Notes: generated by a model from the letters alone, not told the origin. A DNA stretch of 57,367 nt, filler included, from Dugesia japonica (GCA_001938525.1; 6 parts of 6 records of this genome joined end to end with filler, not necessarily neighbours in it); one strand, 5' to 3'; shown: positions 36,050 through 49,705, numbered from the whole stretch's first letter. Made by a program: numbers and translations.

Positions 36050-39000
36050 CTTTCATTATTTAATAAATAAGGATTTAGATGTCTGCGATTGTTGCTTCGA
36101 TTTCACTTTATTCTCTTCATTTCACTTTATTCTTCATAAATTCTCTACCATTGAAGTGACACTCCTTCGAGATCATCTTCGCAACTTTTGATAATATTTC
36201 TTTGCTCGCCCTAATCGTAATCGGTTTCTCTGTTACTCCATGTCGTCTCGAACCAGTTTGACCTATCGTTTCAGGTTTTAATTAAATTTTCTCTATCCCT
36301 TTGAGTTTTGAGCCCGTCTGTCGTTTCTGGTTGTTTTATTAATATCAGTTTTTCATAATCGTTCTCACTGTCATCGTCCTCAGATTTAATCTCTGTGCCT
36401 GTATCACACCGTTTCTCTGTTTGTCGCCTTTTATTTTTGTTTATTCGATTTTTTCATTTCCGTCTAGTTGCTCTTTGTTTTTGTCTTCGCTCATTATGCT
36501 CTTTATGATCGCTTTCACTTTTATTCTGTTCAATTTCTAGTTTCTCCATTAACTCCTGACATTCAAATTTTAATGTTTGTAAGAAAAGTAGCGATCCGTC
36601 TCAATTTTCAACTTCTGTAAATGCTTTAAATCGTCTCCAAATTGTCACAATTTTCTGTCCGTCTTCTTCTGCTGTGTTTAGTTCGTTAATTTTTGCATCT
36701 ATGACTTCCATGAAATTCATCACATCCTCGCCTATTTTTGAAGAATCGACGTCCTCGTCGGCATTTGTTTGTAATTCCTTCTTAATTAATCTTTGGTAGC
36801 TCATTGGTTTTTGTGTTTCGTTTTTGAGAATCTCTGTATCTGGCGGATGTGCTTCCTTTGTCTGTTTCACGTCGTGATTCTCGTTTATTGCACCTTTTAC
36901 TTCTTGTTGAACTTGATTTATTAGTGCTTTATCTTGTCTCTCCAAATCACCCTCTCCCTTCGAAAAATCGACGTCCTCGTCGATTCGAGGCTGCCNNNNN
37001 NNNNNNNNNNNNNNNNNNNNNNNNNNNNNNNNNNNNNNNNNNNNNCTTGATACGATAAGATTGCTGTTTCATTTTCCGTTGTGTCATTACTTTATGTAAT
37101 TTGTTAACCGTTTTCTCTAATTGATGTCGCATTATCTCTGTAAACATAATTTCTTGAACACTGTATTTGGTATGGGTAATTCAGTTACTTCATCTTCTGA
37201 TTTACATCTGAGACATCCTTGATTATCTGGTACCGGATGATTNATCAACCAGCTTCTTCGTGCTATTATAATTAGTGAGTCTTTCACCTCGATTTCTGTC
37301 TTTTGGAAACATTTATTACATAAATTCTTTAAGTCTTCCACCACAACTGGACATTTAGTTGGTTTCTTTGATACACATAGGTTACACTTCTGAATTATTC
37401 AGATTTCCACAGAATGATAATAATAATTAAGTATATCTCGTCTATTTTCAATTTTAGTTAGATCATTATTAAGCTGAAACTTTCTCATAATCTCCTCAGT
37501 TGTTAATTCAATATTTACTTTTAGTGGTTTTACTGCTGATAAGCCGGTTAAGTGATTAAAGACACATCTAATTTCACTACTTATTATTCGTCTCGCATTT
37601 GTTATACAATTATTACACCATTGTTTATATTTCTTCTTAGACACGTTTAATTTTAGTACTACTTCCATACATTGTTTACATGCTGATCTTTCAATATCTG
37701 TTTTCTCTTTATACACTTGTAATGATACTCTATTAAGTTCTCTATTTACATGCACGATTTTATTTTGTGTCGTTTTCAAACATTGATAGCACATTTTTAG
37801 CAATTGACTTTTTAACAAAGGTACTGTTTCTCGTCTCGTTTTTTGACCGATTTTACACCGATTAATTTCTTTGTTTGGTTCTTGAATCTCCAAAATTCCT
37901 GTTATTGGTTTTGCTGTTAACATCATCACACGATGTCTTGATCTGATTGGATATCTCTGTTCCTTATCCGGCTTGTCTAATTTAAACCGAACTCTTTTTA
38001 TTTTACTCGTTTTGGGTTCTGTTTCTATTAGGTTTTCTTTATCGGTTTCGATTTCCTTGGTTGGTAATTTACATCTTGATACATGTACGATACATGGTTT
38101 CTTTAGTGGTTTTCCAAATTCTTTTAATTTCAGATTTGTTGCCGTTGTTTCGATCACCATATATGGGCTTTTATTTGGTGTCTTTAATTTATCTGTCTTT
38201 CCAATATCGATTGTCGGTGTATTTACTAACACATGATCCCCCTTTTTAAATGCATGAGCTCCTGCTTTACGATCGTGTAATTCTTTGTAACTTTTTTGAC
38301 TAAATCTTGCATTTGTTTCGGCCAATTTCCACATTTCCTTCATTCGATCTTTCATGCCAGTCACATAATCGTCTTCATCCATGTATTGTGAAATTGGTGG
38401 TTGATATTCTAGATCCATAGGCATATTACATTCTCTTCCATACATTAAACTGAATGGTGTTTTTCTTGTTGTCGGATGGACTCCGATCCTATATGCAAAA
38501 AGACATAAATTCAAATGTTTGTCCCATTTTCTTTGATCCTTTGAAGCCTAACTCAAGAGCATTCTTGTTAAAGTTTGATTGAATCTCTCTGTCATTCCGT
38601 CCATCTGCGGATGATATGCCAATGTCCGTAGTTTGTAAATATTGAAGAAACTTGTAACTTCTTTCATTAACTCGCTCATAAAGTTCTTCTCTTGATCCGC
38701 TAAAATTTTCTTTGGAGGCTCATAACGACTAAATACTTTGTCTACTAACACTTTGCTTCTAGGAATTTTGATAAATAATCTACTACTGTTAAAATATATA
38801 TCTTACCACTGTCCGTTGGTGGTAATGGTCCAATTATATCAATTGCTATTATATCCATCGGTGCTGCTGGCACTGGAATTGGTTGTAGCGGAACTTTGAT
38901 TTTCTTTCCCGTTCCTCTCCTTGCTGCGCATATTTGACATTCTTCTACCTATGTTTTTACACTTGTCGTTATATGTGGCCAATAATATTTTGCTCTCAAT

Positions 39001-39215
39001 TTTGATTCCGTCTTTTTAGCTGACATATGACCTCCTAATATTCCATTATGATATTGCTACAAAATCTTTGCTCGTCTATTTTTAGGTAATACTAACAACA
39101 CTTTTAAGTGCTCCTCGAATGTTGTTGAGAATATCAATAAGTCGTCAACATATACCATACTCTGTGGTATCCCATGTGTCACAAAATTCATCGTTCGTTG
39201 AAATGAATTCGGAGC
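36050..39215 (-). mobile_element. Ty3/gypsy element C: integrase with a long Cys-rich and charged C-terminal extension
   Basis: H...GGH...YYWP...CQIC; IAIDIIGPLP; ILADQEKNF; YHPQMDGMTERFN; ORF 37399-38514 (TPFSLMYGRE, GPY-like SPY) continues into CxxC motifs; further decayed ORFs at 37132-37344 and 36601-36945. Confidence 0.9.
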
Positions 39216-39315
39216 NNNNNNNNNNNNNNNNNNNNNNNNNNNNNNNNNNNNNNNNNNNNTTAATTAATTAANNNNNNNNNNNNNNNNNNNNNNNNNNNNN
39301 NNNNNNNNNNNNNNN
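39216..39315. other. Artificial assembly spacer
   Basis: N44-TTAATTAATTAA-N44. Confidence 0.97.
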
Positions 39316-40940
39316 AAAAGTTATAAATTAAATATACCGGGAAAATGAATAGGAAAAAGAAAAGATATAAATATACGAATAATATTACAGGCTTTGGAAA
39401 GAAACGAGATAACACTTCGTGACGTAGAGGTAAATGAAATACAATTGTATTGGGAGAAAAAGAAAGAACTGTGAATACGAGATGAGATGCTATATTTAGA
39501 AAAGGATGAGAAATATTTTCTTATTGTACCCAGACATAAAAGAGAAGATGTCATTTGGAAATATCATAAGTTATTGGGTTATTCAAGTGTAGAGAAAACA
39601 ACAAAAGTTATCAAAAAATGAATATTATTGGCCGTGTATGGATAAAAACATAAGAGAACAACTATCTAAGTGTAAACAGTGTAATGCGCATAAATATATT
39701 AAAGGAAAAATTAAAGCACCATTGCAGAATATATCCGAAAAATAACCATTTTAAAGTATTGCAATAGATATTACAAGACCATTTAAACCAACGCAATATG
39801 GTTATAAATATATTCTTGGAGTTGTGGATTATTTTTCCAAGTTTATGTTTAATTACATTAAGAACAATAACAACTGAAAATATATGTAAAGCTCTTTGGA
39901 TACATTGGATATCCAAGTTTGAAATATCTAGTTGAATTCACTCGGATTGTGGTAGTAATTTTATTTCACGTGCATTTCAGAAATATTGCAAGCAATTGGG
40001 AATCGTGAAAAAATTTTCATCTCCATATTACTCTTAAGGAAACGGATTAGTAGAAAGATTATTTAGAACCGCAAAACCTATGATTAGTGCAGTACTAGAA
40101 GACAGGCGAATTCAAGATTGGAGTACGATGCTACTAATAATAGAATACGGATTACGAACAACAACACAAAAACGACTAAGTGCACTCCGTGTGAAATAAT
40201 ATTTAGGAGGAAACCTAGAATCAATATTTTGAACGATGGAAGAAGGGAAACGAACATCACAAAGAATTCTGATCAATATGTAGAACAATTAAAAAGAAAT
40301 ATTATGAATATTCATGACCATGTATATTGAAAGAAACATAATATAGAAGAAACAAAATATTGAAGAACATAATGAAGTTACAGCAGCTAAATATGACAAA
40401 TATTGATGGAGAGATGAAATTAAAATTGATGATAAAGTTCTGATAAAAACAATGCACATGATGGTTTTAAAAAGCAATATATTGGACCATTTTAAGTAAT
40501 AAAGAAAATTAATGAATGGACTAACACTTTGCTTGATGAAAATAGAAACACTTTAATTCAACGAAATTACAACCAAATCAAAAGAATAACAAGAGATGAA
40601 CTTTCCTACAAGTCCTGGAGCACACAAATATTACTAAGAACCTAACAGAAAACAGCTTTACCAGTACAACCTGACCTACGATATCAGAAGACGTTATCCA
40701 GAAAGAATAACAAGGAATCCGAATCCTCAATATCGATAAAGCAAAGGAGAAATGTGATATATTTAAATTATGATAATGTTTAAATAGATCTAAATGCAAA
40801 TTATTGAATAATTAAAATTAAATTTAATTAAAATTAATTTGAGTAAAATTAAAATTAAATACTCAAAATATTAAAATGAATTTGATTTGTTTTATTTTTG
40901 TTATTTTATGAAATATAACTTTAACTTGTTTAATATCTTA
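39316..40940 (+). mobile_element. Ty3/gypsy element D 3' part (integrase, PPT, 3' LTR start)
   Basis: YYWPCMDKNI...CKQC; IAIDITRPF; GVVDYFSK; IHSDCGSNF; SSPYYS*GNGLVER; purine tract at 40738-40752, then TGTGAT at 40753. Confidence 0.88.
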
Positions 40941-40949
40941 TTACAAAAT

Positions 40950-43900
40950 CGATTTATGATAAAGTAAAGGAATTGTCTTCAATTAAACAGAGAATAGAAG
41001 ATAAGTACAGAAATTTTGAGATTCGAGTTAAAAAATAGTTACAGACATATTTCAAAAGAAATTAACAATAGAAGAAATTGCAAGATCATTTATTCTGCAA
41101 GGATTACAGAGTGAGAAACTACGTGAATTCTTTGCCATTAACCCATCAATTTCTGACGAAAGAAAAATGAATTTGCAACGAATTTAGAAAACTTGTTTTT
41201 GCATTGAGAAGTTCATGTCATGAAACCAACATATTTGCCAGTGATTAGTAAACATAGATATTATAATAAACGTTCAGAAGGGAAGACACATTTTGAGCAC
41301 CAAAAGAATTCAGGAAATTTTAAATCATCAGAAAATAGAAATAAATCTGAAAAATCAACTACATAAAAAGATCGAAATAAAAATTTTCATAATCGAACAA
41401 TAATGTGAATTTTTCTCATCAAACCAATAGACAACAACAATCAATGAAGATGATTGCAATGAAATTTTACAATCAATGCAGGGGTAAAGCGCCTCCACGT
41501 GAAAAAATCTTACAACAAGGGGTATGCTTTTATTGTGGTATTATGAGTCATAGACTAAATGAGTATCCGTTTACAAGTAAATGTTTAATTTGTAGTAAAA
41601 ATGGTCATTATTTCAAGGACTGTTATTTGGTTATCAACGGCCATCAAAATGGAAGAATATCATGTATTCATGACGAAGAGCAAAGTGTGAACGAGATGAA
41701 TAATTTAGATGAAATGGAAAAAGACTCTTACCAACTCCTTGTAGCTATCTCGTCCGTGGAGTTGAGTCAATAAATTCTATTAATAATAGAGATAGAAAAG
41801 AGGAAGATGAGATGAATTATGAAGAATTTAGTATGTTTCAGAAGTAAGATGGACAGCAATTGAGTATTATGAATTGTAATTGATGTGATATTGAAATATT
41901 GTTGGTTTCTGGAGCATCAATAACAGTGATGAGAGAGGAAAATTGAATCGGAATTGGTGCATCTAGGATGATAAATTCAGAAATTAGATTGTCAAATGTT
42001 TTTTCTTCAAAACATAAAGTATGTCTTGGTAAGATATTTATGCAAATTTTATGGAAAAAGAAATCCTTTGATGAAAAAAACTTTGTTAAAAGTATTTCTC
42101 CTGGTTTTATTGGTGGAATAGATGTGATGAAATTATGTGGAATTTTCTCGGCAGAAGTAAAATTGATTGATTAGTCTGAAGTAAATACAACATATACAGA
42201 TTTTGATGGTGTTAAGACAGCATTAGATTATGTTGCTCCCAAAACTACATTTATTGAAAACCTTATTAAAAAATATGGATCAATTTTTTGGCATCTAAAT
42301 TTGATTTACGAATCACTACATTGATTAAACATCATGTTAATACAAAAGGACCTACAATTTCTCAAAATCCAAAAAGACAACAAATGTATTTAGAAGATAA
42401 AGTTAATAAATTAATTGAAGATTTGTTAGAATCAAAAATTATAAGATCATGTAAAAGCCCATGGAATAAACCTGATATAAACACGTTTTGGGATACCTTA
42501 AATGGATCAACTATATTTTCATCTAAAAACTTAGGACAAGCTTATTATTAAGTTGTATTAGACGAAGATTTACAAATGAAAACAACTTTTAGTATAAAGA
42601 TTGGACAATTCTGTTTTAATTGGTTGCCTTTCGGTTTATGTTCAGCACCGAAAACTTTTCAGAGTTAAATGAATTTGATTTTTAAAGGAATGCTGTATAA
42701 AGATGTAATTGTTTTTTTGGATGACCTTTTAGTTTATTGAAGAACTGTTGATGAACATAATCAAAGATTAGAAAAAGCATTTAAATTAATTAAGGCATTA
42801 AAATTTAAAGTTAATCCAGGAAAATTGTGTATTCCGATCTGATAAATTGAATTTTTTGGGGCACTCAATTAGTAAAAAAGGAATTCAAACTAACGATGAT
42901 AAAATATAAAATAACAGAAGCACCATTCCCAGGTTGTGTCACGCAATTAAGATCATTTTTGGGACTATCTAATTATTATCGTCGATTTATCAAAGATTAT
43001 GCAATTATTACTGTCCCTCTATATGGAATGATATCAAACAATGAAAAAATGACTAAATGGTCCACATATGCTGAAAGTAGCTTTCAAAAGTTAAAGTATG
43101 CATTATCCACATCACCAATATTATCATTTCCTGATCCATAAAAATAAGTTATTTTTGATACTGATACAAGTTTTGGAGGTATTGGAGTTGTTCTAAGCCA
43201 AAAAGATTACAAAGGCGATGAAACAGTCAGGTTTTGTTTCGAGAGTTTCAAATTCTCACGAGATAAGTTATTGTGTAACCAGAAAAAACTTTTGGTTATT
43301 CATGAATTTGTTATGTATTTTAAGCATTATTTAATTTGGAAAATTTTAAAATAAGGACAGACTATAAAGCTTTGACTTATATGAAGAAAACAAATAAACT
43401 AATTAGTCCACAGTTTCAGACTTGGTTTTGCTAGTCTTTCTGGATTTAATTTTGATTTAGAATATTGGAAAGGAACGAATCACAGTAATGCTGACGGCTT
43501 GTCCAGAATAAATGAAACGCTGCGTAGTTAATGTTTAACTAAATACCATAATGGTAAAGGGAATAAATCTAAAATTCGATTTATAAACAGCTTAAATGAA
43601 AATGTATTTTATGACAAAAATATGGAAAAGTTAAAAAATACAAAAATATAAAAAGTGGAATACTAACATCAATATTACGCTAGTTACAAGGATTGGATAA
43701 TCATGTAACTACTGAAGTAAAAAAAATCAAATATTTTAAAAGTATAGATAAATTCAAATTATTTGGCAGCATTGTAATTAAAGATGACCAAGTGAAGAAA
43801 GTAATCGTTATAACAGAAAATTACTCACCAAAATTAGTCAAATACTTGCACGAAGAACTATGTCATTTGGGAAGCAAGAAGTTAGTGGAATATATTTGAG

Positions 43901-44960
43901 AGAGATATACTTCTAGCCTGGTATGAGTAGATAAATCAAACACAAAATTTAAAAATGTAAAATATGTGCCAAAAAAGGTCTACATTGGTCGAACGAAAGA
44001 ACTATTGTTACCTAGAGAAGGATTTGGACCACTAAAAAAAATTATAATAAATGTGGCTAATTTTTCTGAGTATAAGTCTAATCAAAAGTGCTTGCTTGTT
44101 ATTATCGATAGATTTAACAAACTAGCTCGACTGATACCTCTTAGTACACAAGATAAAACAGCAGTATCAGATGCAATAAAGAATTATTGGATTTACCTAT
44201 TTGGAAAACCAAAATCAATCTTATCTGATCGGGGTACAGTTTTGGAAGGTAGTAAAATTAACGAGTTGTGTGGAAGATTTGAAGTTACACAAGAATTTAC
44301 ATCACCTTACCAACATCAAGCCAATGCTTTAGCAGAGCGAGTAATTAGAACAGTCAGAAATATGTTAGTAACTTCAATGAATAGTAATAAAAATAGATTT
44401 TTTTGGAATAAATACATTCCCAAGATTGAATTTTTAATTAATGCAGCATATCAAAGCGCTATAAAGAGATCTCTATTTGGAATTCTATGTGGGTAAAAAG
44501 AGCTGTTACATGAGTTGTTGAGAAATGAGCCCGCTAATCATGAACAAGTGGTTAATGACAAAAAAGTAGAGCTGAAACGAGTTTCGGAGGAAGTTAGAAA
44601 GTACAAATCAGATACAGGAGGTCACCGACAATTTGCAATTGCTGAAAATGGTCTTGTAAAAAAATAATTTCATAATATTCATAAAAGTGGAGACAGATAT
44701 GAAGGTATGTATACAATTGTTAAGTTTTTAAGTCCCACATCAAGTGTTGCTGAATTTTCCAGATAAACCAAAGTCAAGACGAGTTGAATGGCTAAAACGA
44801 GTTTCAATTTCTATGGGGAGGGAAGTTAGAAAATAGTGATACTTTAAACCGTCAATTTTGTTTGAATAATACAAATTATAGTATTTTCAAATAAATTCTT
44901 AATATCAAAGTCTTTTTACTTGGATAAATAACTAAAAAAAATTAATAAATAATAAATAAT
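40950..44960 (+). mobile_element. Ty3/gypsy element E, degenerate and near full internal length (gag, PR, RT, RH, IN, PPT)
   Basis: Knuckles in 41405-41773; decayed protease LLVSGAS; RT SPWN, LPFGLCSAP, VFLDDLLV; LRSFLGLSNYYRRFI; DTDTSFGGIGVVLSQ; IN 43966-44496; PPT GGGGAGGGAA at 44815-44824. Confidence 0.93.
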
Positions 44961-45289
44961 GCAACATTATTTGATTTTCACTTGCTAATAATTTATCTGT
45001 TTTTATCCATAATAAAATGTTTCGAAATTCTGTTTTAATCTATTTTTTTTGTGTTATGAAAATCAACTGAAAACAATTTATTTTCAGTATACAACTTACT
45101 AATTTTAGAATACTAATTATTCTTCTAATTAAGATTATTTTAATTTTATTGGTTAAGATAAATCGGTTAATATAAAAATCAAATTTCATCAAAAAATTTA
45201 AAACTTCTTTTAAAAATTTTTTGAAACATTTTAAAAATAACATTTTACTTTTAAATTTTTCGTATTTTGAAATGCTTATTAGTAGATAC

Positions 45290-45715
45290 TTCCGGAACGT
45301 GTTCTTTATTTCTTATGCATCCAACTCTAGACATTTTTCTCTGAGAATTTCTTTTTAAAATACGATGTCAGTCGGAATATTTCTAGTCGTCTTCTGCTTT
45401 GTGGCGTAAATTTTATTTCAGGTAATAAATCTACCCAATCTAATATTCATCTCTCGACAGGTAGCATTAATTAAAACTCGGAAAGACCTAAACTGTCTTA
45501 CAAAAGACCTGTTTGCACTGTGATAAAACTGTCTCGATAAGTAAAGTTTAATTGTCTAAATTCTGTGCAAATTCTCTCTTAACATTAGAATCAAGGGCTT
45601 TTTTACAAACTAGTTTAATCTTTCTTGATCATTCAAACATTAAAATTCATTTATCAAAAATAGTTTTACTTTTTCGTCTTGTCTTGATAATGCTATAAGA
45701 ACTAGATATTTACTG
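45290..45715 (-). mobile_element. Gypsy integrase fragment of the A/F family
   Basis: Nucleotide similarity to ~14450-14860 (agtcgtcttctgctttgt; tcgtcttgtct...aatgcta.aagaac.agatatttactg). Confidence 0.8.
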
Positions 45716-46014
45716 GAAGATATGGAAGCGTATTTTAAGCAAACTTCATAATTGATTTTCAGCAGTTATCTGAGTTTAGATCAAAATTTTCTGAAAGTTT
45801 TTTTTTAAAAAATATTATTAAATGAAATTATTATTCTTGATGTAAGCCGACTTGATTACAAATAGATATTGTTATAAGTAAGAACCGATTGATTGCAGTG
45901 AATATTTAAATTTTTACATTTTCCCGCAGGCATACTGTCAATGCGAAATATTTCAATGAATTATAAAAAAATTTAATATTTGTACAATTTGTAACACCAG
46001 ACTAACTTTACGTA

Positions 46015-46480
46015 ATTTATAATTCAATTTATAATTTATAATTTATAATTTATAACTTATAATTTATAATTTATAACTTTAATTTATAATTTATAACTTA
46101 TAATTTATAATTTATAATTTATTATTTTAATTTATAATTAATTAATAATTTATAATTTATTATAATTACAATTTATTATAATTATAATTTATTATTATAA
46201 TTAATTATTAATTAATTAATGATTAATTATTATAATTAATCGTCAATTAATTATTAATTAATTATTAATAATTTAATTATTAATTATTATACTTAATTAA
46301 TTATAATTAAATATTATTATTATAATTATAATTAATTATAATTAAAATTTATTATATTTATAATTTATTATTATAATTATTATAATTAATTATTACTTAT
46401 TAATTAATTATTTAAATTATTATTTTAATTAATTATAATTAATTATAATTATTATAGTTAAGTATAATTAATTATAATTA
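46015..46480. repeat. (AATTTAT)n minisatellite grading into nearly pure A/T low-complexity DNA
   Basis: 7-mer array to ~46120, then AATT/ATT-derived degenerate repeats. Confidence 0.92.
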
Positions 46481-47205
46481 ACATTCTGTGAGTTTCTGCA
46501 GCAGAATCTTTTATGTTAAAGTAGAACAGCATTACTTCAAGCAAATATTGCTTATTTGGTATAAACTTCTCCAACTAAAACTGTAAAAATGATTGTTAGA
46601 AATATTAGAAACTTTATTACTGAATATTTTTGGAAAATGCTCAATATAAATAACAGTGGTTAGTTCAGTCAAATAAATCAATTATTTTTATTAATACAGA
46701 TATTTAAAAGAAGGGCACCTTTCAATGCACACACCTAATATTTGAACATAGACATTTAAACAAAAGATATTGATAGAAATTCAAGAACATCTAATCGATA
46801 ATTCTAATAAAAACTTAGAAATTTAATCCTGCGTTTAGATTAGGATCTCAAAAAGAAATAAATTCCATATTTTAATAGATATTAAAAGAATTCCAACAAT
46901 TTTAGTGTATACCAATATAGACAACAATCAATATATATTTAATGACTATTTAATTTTATTACAATTTTATAAATTAAATATTTTTTTTATGAAAATCACA
47001 AATTTCTTTATTAAAATCTTTTTTTCACTTCATTTTTCTTTACAAAGATCCATTACTGTCAAAAATTCGTATTTTTCATCCATACTATACATTTGATTTA
47101 TGATAACAAACCTTTGAGATATTTTTATTTTTTAAATAATGAATTAATTATTGAAATTGTTTAGTAAGTCTAACTGTTGGTTTAATTTTTTCATTAATTT
47201 TAATA

Positions 47206-47922
47206 TTAGGTTGGTAAGAAAATAATTTCGGTTTTATATAATATTACTTTAAAAGTAATTATTTAAAAGAACCGTTTGTTTTAATATATTAATCTATAAG
47301 TCATTTTAAAGCGGATTTTCAATTTGACATTATGCAAGTAATATTTTATTTTTATAACTATTTTAATGTGAAATATTATTTTTCGAAGACATGTTGGATA
47401 AATATCAAATACGAGCAATATTCCTATATGAATTTAAACTGGGATCTAAAGCGGCAGAGACGATTCTGATAGTCAACAGCGCATTTGGCAATGAAACTGC
47501 AAAAGAAAGAACTGTACAATTTGGGTTTAAAAATTTCAGGAGTGGAGATGAGACCCTTAAAGATGGCGAAGGTTGGGACATTCATCAGAAGTTAGCAAAG
47601 ACGATTTGAAGGTAAAGATCGAAGCAATTCCAATGCAACAACTCGGGAGCATGGGAAGAATTTATACCACCTCTATCAACTTGAAAAAGTACGGAAGCTC
47701 GATAAATGGGTTCCGCATGAATTAAACTATTTTCAGAAAAATTCCCGTTACGAGATCTACTTAGCGAATCTGTTTAAAAATAAAACCAATCCATTTCTTG
47801 ATTACATTGTGACTTGAGACAAAAAATGGATTGTATACGACAATAAAAAGTGAGCATTGTCATAATTAAACAAAGGCAAAGCTCCATATCATTTTCCAAA
47901 GCAAAATTGCATCAAAAGAAGT
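47206..47922 (+). mobile_element. Mariner transposon 5' part (cecropia-like), pseudogenised
   Basis: TA plus TTAGGTTGGT TIR; ORF 47391 IRAIFLYEFKLGSKAAET...FRSGD; KLDKWVPHEL; FLDYIVT*DKKWIVYDN. Confidence 0.93.
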
Positions 47923-47957
47923 TCTAATACTTAGAATAATTTCATTATAGTTATTCC

Positions 47958-48057
47958 NNNNNNNNNNNNNNNNNNNNNNNNNNNNNNNNNNNNNNNNNNN
48001 NTTAATTAATTAANNNNNNNNNNNNNNNNNNNNNNNNNNNNNNNNNNNNNNNNNNNN
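47958..48057. other. Artificial assembly spacer
   Basis: N44-TTAATTAATTAA-N44. Confidence 0.97.
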
Positions 48058-48439
48058 CCTCGATAGGATATGACGATTTTCGTATAGGTCAGTCAGGATC
48101 AACGAAAAATTCTTCATCAAAGATAGGTTGATGATGAAATTTGAGATACTTTTTCTATGTCGAAAAACTTTTTTCTTGTCAAAAATGATCCCAATGTGAT
48201 TCTGTTTCGATTGGTGTAAAAAAACCATGTGATAAAAAAATTGGAAAATTTTAAAATACTGACCATTTAAAGAAAATGGACTCTAGCACCGAATTTCCGG
48301 GGAAAAATCACTAATTGCAGTTAATTGAAAGAAAAATCATTATTTTCACTGAATTTAAACAAAAAATTAAATTTTTGCTTAATGATTATGTAATGGGTTA
48401 TTGAAATATATTAAATTACATAAATGTTCATGGCTTTCA

Positions 48440-48745
48440 TATACACCGATTGGTTTGTGATCTAACCTTATTTATCAATTTAAATGTAACATATGTGATG
48501 ACATTTACATTAGAGACTGCATGTCATCTATGTACACGGATTTAAGAGCACAATGGTATTGGTAGTGATAGTAATATTGTCGAGCATAAAAATAAATGTA
48601 ATGCGAATGTTAACATTTCAAATTTGAAAATGTTGTCAAAAAATTTAACATTATTGGGTGTTGAATGATGCGTTAATGATTAGATTTTATAATCCAAGAC
48701 AAATATACAGGCAAACATTTCGACTAAATTAATAAAAAAATTTAG
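48440..48745 (+). mobile_element. Penelope-like GIY-YIG 3' fragment (copy 2)
   Basis: SNLIYQFKCNICDDIYI / ETACHLCTRI*EH...SNIVEHKNKC; homologous to 28450-28755. Confidence 0.83.
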
Positions 48746-48947
48746 ATTTAAATTTGGGTCTATGTTTTTTTTATAGGTTTTTAATTTTCATGAAATTTCA
48801 AAAAATTTGATAAAATTGTAATTTTTTAAAGGGTTTTAAAATTTCAATGTTTTAATTTTATTAAACATCATTATTAGAAAGGTTTAAAAATTTGTGAAAA
48901 TTTAAGTTTTTAGATTCGCAAAACATTTGATTTTTCATTGTAGCCAT

Positions 48948-49134
48948 CTAATATTCAGAAAAATTATTTGAATCTTTGTTTGAATAAAACAGATTGAATA
49001 ATCTCATTTTTTCTTTTTCTTCATTAAATAACGGATTGTCATTTATGGTCTTAATCATAATTCTACAAGTTGGGCATAACGAACTGTGTTCAAACCATGG
49101 CCTTAGGCAAGCATCATGAAAAAAATGATTACAT
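48948..49134 (-). pseudogene. Duplicate of the AMFR RING-H2 exon segment with a new C-terminal tail (5' part lost in gap)
   Basis: 49023-49134 matches 50521-50632 with 5 mismatches in 112 nt; reads [61 protein letters not shown]. Confidence 0.85.
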
Positions 49135-49705
49135 NNNNNNNNNNNNNNNNNNNNNNNNNNNNNNNNNNNNNNNNNNNNNNNNNNNNNNNNNNNNNNNNNN
49201 NNNNNNNNNNNNNNNNNNNNNNNNNNNNNNNNNNNNNNNNNNNNNNNNNNNNNNNNNNNNNNNNNNNNNNNNNNNNNNNNNNNNNNNNNNNNGTTTATTT
49301 TTTATTGTAAAAAACTTTTTTATTCTAAGCAATAACATTTTTATTAATAATAAATAAATTTTATGAAAGAAATTTATAAATAACATCGTATTTAATGTTT
49401 TTTTTAAAAAAAAATGTTATTTTTAAATATTTCCCGCTCACATTAAATTTAAAATAACCACTTTCATAAATATTTCTCAATGTACGAAAATTATTAAAAA
49501 TCTTTAATTATTTATCTATTTAATCGAAAAATAAATTTTACGTCATTCTGTGTAACTTTTGCCTTATGTACCAAAAAGTTAAATTTTCTTTCTCTCTAAT
49601 AGAAATATATTTTCCTTAAAGTTTTAGTGTTGTCGAGTTCATGTGATTTTTTATTTTTTTCATAAGCATATATAAACTATAAATTACTGTCATCTTTTTT
49701 TCCAA

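Noticed and set aside
49540-49630. G2BR-like exon of AMFR (LLERKKI*L)
   Set aside because: Contains stops, has no convincing splice context, and the similarity is weak.
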